Source: a virus
Reading direction: 5' to 3' (one strand)
Virus record (IMG/VR): IMGVR_UViG_3300024990_000004
DNA: 56,946 nucleotides
The notes under the pieces are model-generated. The model searched no databases and had not been told where the DNA came from. It saw only the letters and a program-made list of their open reading frames with translations. The translations under genes were made by a program, and so were the position numbers. Shown piece after piece: positions 51,071 to 56,946 of the stretch. Every line of letters begins with the position of its first letter. Positions within the stretch are counted from its first letter, which is position 1.

Positions 51071-51309
51071 CCGTCGATCCCGACAAGACCCGCATGGTGG
51101 TCGATTATGGTGGACTCCAAATCCACGAAAGTCGCTCGCACATCCGCGTCATTATCCTCAAGGGCGCGCCCGACACGGTGCGCGATCACCTGCGCATCCA
51201 CGGCTTCAAAATGCGCCAGGACGGGACATGGGAGCGCGCCAATAGCCCCGACGCCATCTTTTGCGCCCAGGCCATCGGCCGGACCTTCTTCCACACGGAG
51301 AACTCATGA
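51067..51309 (+). CDS. hypothetical protein (80 aa)
   Basis: TTG start in a TTGA overlap. Alternative ATG at 51094. Confidence 0.5.
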   Translation: MTVDPDKTRMVVDYGGLQIHESRSHIRVIILKGAPDTVRDHLRIHGFKMRQDGTWERANSPDAIFCAQAIGRTFFHTENS

Positions 51310-52112
51310 GCGAGAACACCGCCATTGCGGAACGCTCTGCGGAATACCTGCCCGCCGAGCAGCCCAAGCGCCGCCCGCCCACGATGCTCGACATAATCGA
51401 GCGCGCCGCTTTCGATCCCCGTGTGGATGCCGACAAGGTTGCAAAGCTGGTTGATATGGCGCGCACGGTCAGAGCGGATGACGCCAAAGCCGCCTACATC
51501 AAGGCGATGATCAGGATGAAGCCCGAGCTCCCGATCATCGAGCGCAAGGGCCGCATCATCATCCATGAAAAGGGCATGGCGAAGACCGACGCAAACATCA
51601 TCCAGGCCACGCCGTATGCCCGTTGGGAAGATATTGACGAGGCCATCACCCCGATCTTGAACAAGCACGGCTTCACCCTGACACACCGCACCGGATTCCT
51701 GCCTGACGGCAAGGTGACGGTGACGGCCATTGTTTCCCACAAGCTGGGCCACAGCGAGGAGTCCACGATGGCCATGCCGCTGGACACTTCGGGCAGCAAG
51801 AACAATGTCCAGGCGGTCGGCTCGAGCATCAGCTACGGCAAGCGGTATACCGCCAGCGCCTTGCTCAATCTTCGCACCAAGGACGAAGACGATGACGGCA
51901 AGGCCGGCGGCGATCCCGGCATCATCACCGAGGAACAGGCCGAGCGCCTGCTGGAAATGCTCGAGCGCGACAAGGCCAGCGTCCCGCTGTTCTGCAAGAG
52001 CATGGCCATCGAAAGCCTGATCGAGCTCCCCGCCACTCGCTACGAGGAGGCCATCACCCGCATCAACACCCGCTCCGCAAAACTCGCTGCTCAGAAAGGA
52101 AAGACACAATGA
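51306..52112 (+). CDS. ERF-family single-strand annealing protein
   Basis: NNVQAVGSSISYGKRYTASALLNL is the ERF signature. 268 aa. Confidence 0.8.
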   Translation: MSENTAIAERSAEYLPAEQPKRRPPTMLDIIERAAFDPRVDADKVAKLVDMARTVRADDAKAAYIKAMIRMKPELPIIERKGRIIIHEKGMAKTDANIIQATPYARWEDIDEAITPILNKHGFTLTHRTGFLPDGKVTVTAIVSHKLGHSEESTMAMPLDTSGSKNNVQAVGSSISYGKRYTASALLNLRTKDEDDDGKAGGDPGIITEEQAERLLEMLERDKASVPLFCKSMAIESLIELPATRYEEAITRINTRSAKLAAQKGKTQ

Positions 52113-53110
52113 ATATCGAAACCCCTAGCGAAGCCCGCCAGCTCGTCACGGTAAAGCCGGCGGACGTGTTCGCGCTGTTCACCACGGACAATGCCATCGA
52201 CCCAATCCTTGCCCACATCCGCAAGGAAATCGATGCCTTCCAGGGCGATGCCAGCACGGCCAAGGGCCGCAAGGCCATCGCCTCGATGGCCTACACCATC
52301 GCGCAATCCAAGACCTATCTGGAAAACATCGGCAAGGACCTGGCTGCCAAGCAGAAGGAAATTCCCAAAAAGATTGACGCCTGCCGCAAGACGCTCCGCG
52401 ACACGCTGGACCAATGGCGCGATGAAGTGCGCGCGCCGCTGACTGCCTGGGAAGAAGCCGAGGAATCCCGGATCAAGAAGCACACCGACGCCATCACCGC
52501 CCTGAACGAACTGTCCCGGCTCGCCCCCGGCCAGAGCGTCGAATGGTTGCGCGGCGCCTTGCTGTCTGTCGATGCCGTCGCCATCGGTCCCGCCTGCGAG
52601 GAATTTGAGGCGGACTATGCCAGGGCGAAGGACGCGGCCCGCGCCTCGATCACCGAGGAACTGCCCATGGCGGAAAAGCGGGAGGCCGACGCCGCCGAGC
52701 TCGAAAAGCTGCGCGCGGAATCTGCCGCCCGCGCCGAGGCCGACCGCATCGCCAAAATCCAGCAGGACGCCGCCGACAAGGCGAAGGCGGACGCTGAGGC
52801 AGCGGCCCAGGCCAAGATCGACCAGGAGCGCGCCGCCGCCACTGCAAAACAACAGGAAGCCGAGCAGGCGAAAGCCGCCGCTGAGGCCGAAGCGGCGCGG
52901 CTCAAGAAAGAGGCCGATGACGCTGCCGCCGCCAAAGCGGCCGAGGAAGCCGAGAAAGCCAAGCGCGAGGCCAACACCCGGCACAAAGGCAAGGTCAATC
53001 GCGCTGCTGCCGACGCATTCATTGCGGGCGGATTGACCGAGGACGCAGCCATGACCGCCGTGCGCCTGATCGCCAAGGGCGCGATCCCCGCCTGCACCAT
53101 CACCTATTGA
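52109..53110 (+). CDS. coiled-coil recombination-module protein (DUF1351-like)
   Basis: Lies between Erf and the exonuclease. Long Ala/Glu/Lys helical region. Confidence 0.5.
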   Translation: MNIETPSEARQLVTVKPADVFALFTTDNAIDPILAHIRKEIDAFQGDASTAKGRKAIASMAYTIAQSKTYLENIGKDLAAKQKEIPKKIDACRKTLRDTLDQWRDEVRAPLTAWEEAEESRIKKHTDAITALNELSRLAPGQSVEWLRGALLSVDAVAIGPACEEFEADYARAKDAARASITEELPMAEKREADAAELEKLRAESAARAEADRIAKIQQDAADKAKADAEAAAQAKIDQERAAATAKQQEAEQAKAAAEAEAARLKKEADDAAAAKAAEEAEKAKREANTRHKGKVNRAAADAFIAGGLTEDAAMTAVRLIAKGAIPACTITY

Positions 53111-53118
53111 GGACCGCC

Positions 53119-53748
53119 ATGGCCATCCAGATTTTCGACTGCGAGCAGAACTCGCCGGAATGGTATGCCGCCCGTGCCGGCATCCCCACCGCGTCGATGT
53201 TCGCCACCGTTATGGCATCTGGCCGTGGCGGTGGGCCCAGCCTCACCCGCGCCAAGTACATGCGTGAGCTCGTGGGGGAGCGTATCACCGGCGAGGTCGA
53301 GGAAGGCTATACCAACGCGCATATGGAGCGCGGCAAAGAGCGGGAGACCGAGGCGCGCGACCTGTACGCCTTCCTGCACGATGAACCTCTCACCCAGGTC
53401 GGGTTTATCCGCAATGGCGACAAGGGATATAGCCCGGACTCGCTCGCCGGCACGAAGGGCCTGGTCGAAGTCAAAACCACGCTATCACATATCCAGATCG
53501 ACATATTGCTCAAGGACCAGGTTCCTCCCGAGCACATGGCCCAATGCCAGGGCGGCCTTTGGGTGGCCGAGCGTGAATGGCTGGATTTGGTTATCTATCG
53601 GCCCAAGCTGCCGCTGTTCGTGAAGCGCGTCTATCGAGACGAAGCCTATATCGCCACGATGGCCAAGGCCGTCCGCCTATTCAACGAGGAACTGGCGGAA
53701 ATGGAAGCCGCGATCCGCAAGCTCTTTGGCGAACGGGTTGCGGCATGA
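53119..53748 (+). CDS. YqaJ/lambda-Exo-like recombination exonuclease
   Basis: NSPEWYAARAGIPTASMF, GYSPDSL, LVEVKT (PD-(D/E)XK). ATG 53119 follows GAGGA; TTG 53107 is an alternative start. Confidence 0.8.
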   Translation: MAIQIFDCEQNSPEWYAARAGIPTASMFATVMASGRGGGPSLTRAKYMRELVGERITGEVEEGYTNAHMERGKERETEARDLYAFLHDEPLTQVGFIRNGDKGYSPDSLAGTKGLVEVKTTLSHIQIDILLKDQVPPEHMAQCQGGLWVAEREWLDLVIYRPKLPLFVKRVYRDEAYIATMAKAVRLFNEELAEMEAAIRKLFGERVAA

Positions 53749-53966
53749 GCGCCATTCGCACGGACTTCGACAAGCTGCAGGACGGCGCGCGCATAACGCT
53801 CCACCCGCTGCCTGGGAATCCTCTCCATAATCGACCCGTCACCGCCATCTATTCAGGCGGCTATTTCTACTGCGACGGCACCGATCCAGCCGAGGGCCCG
53901 GATTACTACTTGGCCGACGTGCTGGTTTTCAACGCCGGATTTACCGCCGAAGGCGCCGAGGCATGA
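53745..53966 (+). CDS. hypothetical protein (73 aa)
   Basis: ATGA overlaps. Confidence 0.55.
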   Translation: MSAIRTDFDKLQDGARITLHPLPGNPLHNRPVTAIYSGGYFYCDGTDPAEGPDYYLADVLVFNAGFTAEGAEA

Positions 53967-54484
53967 GCGACGGTCGGCCCATCGAGGCAGTTTGGACGGG
54001 CGAGGTCTTCAAGCCCGTCGACTCCTACTGGCAGCGGCGCGCCGACAAGCAGTTCGCGCGGGGCGAAATCCTGCGCCTGGTGCACATGGCCGAAACCTCC
54101 CACGCCTCCTATGGGCACTACTTCGCCACGCTCAAGGAAGCCTGGCAGAACATGCCCACGTTGTTGAGCGAACGCTTCCCCAGCGTCGATCATCTGCGGG
54201 CCTATGCCCTGATAAAGACCGGGTGGCACAATTCGCACACCATCCCCTGCGGTTCACCGTCTGCCGCCCGCAAGATGGTTGCCTATATCCGTCCCATTGA
54301 CGAGTTCGCGGTGGTGACGGCGCACGGCTCGGTTGTCCATGTCTTTACAGCCAAAAGCCAATCCCGCCAGCACATGAACATAAAGGACTTCCGCGAGAGC
54401 AAGAATGCAGTCCTCGAGTTCGTCGCCAACCTGATCCGCGTCACCAAGGAAGAACTCACGGCCAATACGGGACGCGCCGCATGA
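53963..54484 (+). CDS. hypothetical protein (173 aa)
   Basis: Tracked ORF, coupled to its neighbours. Confidence 0.6.
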   Translation: MSDGRPIEAVWTGEVFKPVDSYWQRRADKQFARGEILRLVHMAETSHASYGHYFATLKEAWQNMPTLLSERFPSVDHLRAYALIKTGWHNSHTIPCGSPSAARKMVAYIRPIDEFAVVTAHGSVVHVFTAKSQSRQHMNIKDFRESKNAVLEFVANLIRVTKEELTANTGRAA

Positions 54485-54918
54485 CCCGACGCGACCGCCA
54501 GTTCAAAGAGCGCGAGACGATTGAGGTTCTGCTTCTGCAGAAGGCCATCATCCCCTGCTATCGCTGCAAGGTCGCCTTCACGATGGAGGATTTGGAAACC
54601 GGCAACATCGAGAAAGAGCATCTTCACGAACGCCGCCTTGGCGGGCCAGATGAACCGGGCAACTGCCGCTATAGCCATTGCGATTGCCACGCCAAGATCA
54701 CCAACGGCAACGGCGCCACCACGGCAGGCAGCAGCAAGAACCGCATCGCCAAGGCCACCGAGCCTAAGCGGATCGAAAAATTCAAGGTGGTGAAGCCGCC
54801 ACTGGATAGACCTGCGGTCATCAACCCGGGCGAGAAATGCCGCCGCTGCGGTGAATGGGGCGATGATTGCCTATGTCCGCCTCACCAGCAGCGCTCCAGC
54901 TTCGGGAGGGCGCGGTGA
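54481..54918 (+). CDS. HNH endonuclease
   Basis: CYRC ... EKEHLHERRLGGPDEPGNCRYSHCDCHAKIT. Confidence 0.7.
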   Translation: MTRRDRQFKERETIEVLLLQKAIIPCYRCKVAFTMEDLETGNIEKEHLHERRLGGPDEPGNCRYSHCDCHAKITNGNGATTAGSSKNRIAKATEPKRIEKFKVVKPPLDRPAVINPGEKCRRCGEWGDDCLCPPHQQRSSFGRAR

Positions 54919-55148
54919 TGCCAATATTCCCATCCGACCAGGCCAAGGCCCGAGCCCTCTCCGAAGAACAGAAGCGCGCCCGCGCCGCCGCGCTCGCTGA
55001 TGCGAAGGAACAGGAGCGCCAGGCCCAGGAGCGCAACAACAAGATCATGCGCGATTTCGCCAATGAATTGCGCGCTCGGGACGGCCTGCCACCACTGGCA
55101 TCAGACGAACCTGTCCACGCCATCATCTGCAGGCGGGGTCGCCGCTGA
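54918..55148 (+). CDS. hypothetical protein (76 aa)
   Basis: The ATG shares a base with the upstream TGA. Confidence 0.5.
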   Translation: MPIFPSDQAKARALSEEQKRARAAALADAKEQERQAQERNNKIMRDFANELRARDGLPPLASDEPVHAIICRRGRR

Positions 55149-55180
55149 TTTTCAAACGTCAACCACAAAAGGAACCCGAC

Positions 55181-56946
55181 ATGAACGCCCACGCCAAGAT
55201 CGCCATCGCCACCGCAATGCTGTCCCAGCTCAAGCCGGGATCGGAATACCCCGGCGGCAATATCAACGCCCGCCTCACCTATACCGATGACGAAATTGAG
55301 GAACTGGCCGCCAGCCTGAAAGGCCCGGATGGACAAATTCGCCCACTCCTGGTCGCCACCCATCCCAAGAAGCCGGGTGTGTTTTTCGTCTTCGGCGGAG
55401 GGCGCCGACGCATTGCCTTCGAGCGGCTGATTGTGCGCGGCGATCTTCCCAAGGATCACCCCATTGAGATCATCGACCATGGCGAGATCACGCCCGCCCA
55501 GGCCCTGTCGCGGTCTTTTGCAGATAACCAGGCGGTTCCCATGCACCCCGCCGACCAGGCAGCGACTTTTGCCAAGCTGGCCGCGGATCGAACCCCAGAA
55601 GAAATTGCCAGGGAACGGGGCATGACGGTTCGAGGCGTGAAGCAGTCCATCGCGTTGGGTACAGTCCTGGCCCCCGAGGTTCTGGCGGCGTGGCGGGCTG
55701 GGAAGCTGTCCCGCGAAGAGGTCGAGGTTTTCACCATCGCTTCCGACTTCGAGTCCCAGGCAAAGGCCCTAGCTGACAGCTACAGCTTCAAGAATGGCCA
55801 CGGCATTAAGGCCAATGAGGTCCGCCGCGAGCTGACCAAAAACAAAGAGCCGGAAATGAAACGGCTGCTGGGCTTTGTCGGAGTGGCGGATTACCGGGCC
55901 CAAGGCGGCGAAGTGGCCGAGGACTTTTTTGGCGAAGGCGGCAACGTCAAGGACATGAAGCTGCTGCGCAAGCTGGCCAAGGCCAAGATGGAAGGCATTG
56001 CCGCCGACCTCGAATCCACCGGCTGGGCATGGGTGGAAGCCGATCTGGCGGAAGCGCGCAGCCACCATGGCTATGGCGCGGTCCATGCGGACCCGGATTA
56101 CACCGTCGAGGAAAAGAAACGGATCGGGGAACTGACCGCAGCCCTCGAGGCCATGGCCAATTCTGATGAAGATCACGATTACATCGGGGAAATGCGTCTC
56201 GAAAGAGAGCGCGATGCTATCGAAGAGATAGCCACGTTCCGCGCCTTCACCGAAAAGCAGAAGAAAAAGAGCGGTGTCATTGTCTCGCTGAAAAGCGACG
56301 GCACGGTGGTGTGCCAAGGCGGGTTGCTCCGCAGGGATGAGCCCAAGGCAGCAGCGAAGCCGGGCACTCCTGCTGCACGCGCGTCGGAGCCGCCGAAGAT
56401 CCCCGACATCAATCGCGAGGTCGAGGAATCCTTGAACGATCTGCAGGATGATGTGCTGGCCAACCTGATAGCGGCCAAGCCCAAGGAAGCTTTTGCCCTG
56501 TTCCTCGCCGCCATCCCCCATTGTGATTGGCGCGGCGTTATCCGGTGGGCCGACCTAAACGATGCCGCCGATGATCTAATTCCGGGGAAGGACTTCGCAG
56601 CTTCATTCGCAGCGCTCCGCAAGCTGCCGATCGACAAGATGGCCGCCAAGCTGGCGGTAATGGTCGGAAAAGTCGCCAACGTCAGCGGCTATGTCAGCGG
56701 CAACAAGGATGCCATCGCCATTGTTGACATGGTCGGGGAAAAGAACCTGCAAACCGGGCTCGCCAAGGCGTTCGATCCCAAACCCTACGTCACTGGCGCA
56801 TCTAAGCAGCATCTTCTCGGTATCCTGGCTGAAACCCAGGGCGACGAAACCCGCAAGGCCCATGAAAGCGACGGCGAGGCAAAGCTGGCGCTGCCCGTCA
56901 TCCAGGCCATCAAAGCCACCGGATGGCTGCCGCCCGCGCTGCGCAC
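55181..56946 (+). CDS. large ParB/Srx-domain protein, N-terminal 588 codons (continues at 3..209)
   Basis: Not in the ORF track because it runs off the end. RBS AAGGAA. IRPLLVATHPKKPGVFFVFGGGRRRIAFERL, plus HTH TPEEIARERGMTVRGVKQSI. Confidence 0.8.
   Translation, partial: MNAHAKIAIATAMLSQLKPGSEYPGGNINARLTYTDDEIEELAASLKGPDGQIRPLLVATHPKKPGVFFVFGGGRRRIAFERLIVRGDLPKDHPIEIIDHGEITPAQALSRSFADNQAVPMHPADQAATFAKLAADRTPEEIARERGMTVRGVKQSIALGTVLAPEVLAAWRAGKLSREEVEVFTIASDFESQAKALADSYSFKNGHGIKANEVRRELTKNKEPEMKRLLGFVGVADYRAQGGEVAEDFFGEGGNVKDMKLLRKLAKAKMEGIAADLESTGWAWVEADLAEARSHHGYGAVHADPDYTVEEKKRIGELTAALEAMANSDEDHDYIGEMRLERERDAIEEIATFRAFTEKQKKKSGVIVSLKSDGTVVCQGGLLRRDEPKAAAKPGTPAARASEPPKIPDINREVEESLNDLQDDVLANLIAAKPKEAFALFLAAIPHCDWRGVIRWADLNDAADDLIPGKDFAASFAALRKLPIDKMAAKLAVMVGKVANVSGYVSGNKDAIAIVDMVGEKNLQTGLAKAFDPKPYVTGASKQHLLGILAETQGDETRKAHESDGEAKLALPVIQAIKATGWLPPALR
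56820..56946. repeat. terminal overlap identical to 1..127
   Basis: See feature 1..127. Confidence 0.95.

Noticed and set aside
51186-52984. Minus-strand ORFs of about 300 aa (51186..52109, 52091..52984) and 55769..56521, lying opposite Erf, the coiled-coil protein and ParB.
   Set aside because: They are antisense shadows of genes with clear family signatures and have no RBS or coupling pattern.
55181-56946. Plasmid-type partition locus (phage-plasmid lifestyle) suggested by the ParB-like genes.
   Set aside because: No ParA-type (deviant Walker A) ATPase or parS-like repeat array was seen, and an integrase and attP-like region are present. An integrative temperate lifestyle is more likely.

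Overview
The window is a complete, circularly closed, GC-rich temperate phage genome. The first 127 nt are identical to the last 127 nt, leaving 56,819 bp of unique sequence, and there are no host flanks. One long minus-strand block (46474 down to 5790) runs in this order: LexA-like and HTH regulators; a replication module (RuvC-like resolvase, ParB-like nuclease, MT-A70 methylase, and an initiator with an internal iteron origin); a NusG-like factor; a small terminase candidate; TerL carrying an intein; portal; scaffold; a GIY-YIG homing endonuclease; an N4-type major capsid protein; adaptor and tail proteins; large internal virion proteins; tail fibres; and a lysis region. No tape-measure, tube or sheath genes are visible, so I infer a podovirus-like virion. 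The plus strand carries a Cro-like/CI-like immunity switch (46824-47482) and a repressor-linked lipoprotein. It then carries a long, translationally coupled early operon (48188 across the junction to 5222) with Erf, a YqaJ exonuclease, HNH, a 615-aa ParB/Srx protein, an NYN-like protein, a HerA-like ATPase, Cys-cluster proteins and a tyrosine integrase, followed by a candidate attP. The items most worth a second look are: the NYN + HerA-like-wHTH gene pair next to int, a 25-nt poly-G tract between the methylase and the replication initiator, a class-3-type LAGLIDADG intein in the TerL P-loop, iterons inside the initiator gene, a 142-aa minimal protein-kinase-like protein, a phage NusG paralogue, and GGTGTAAGT operator-like sites flanking the repressor cassette. 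All functional calls rest on motifs read by eye. No database search was possible.
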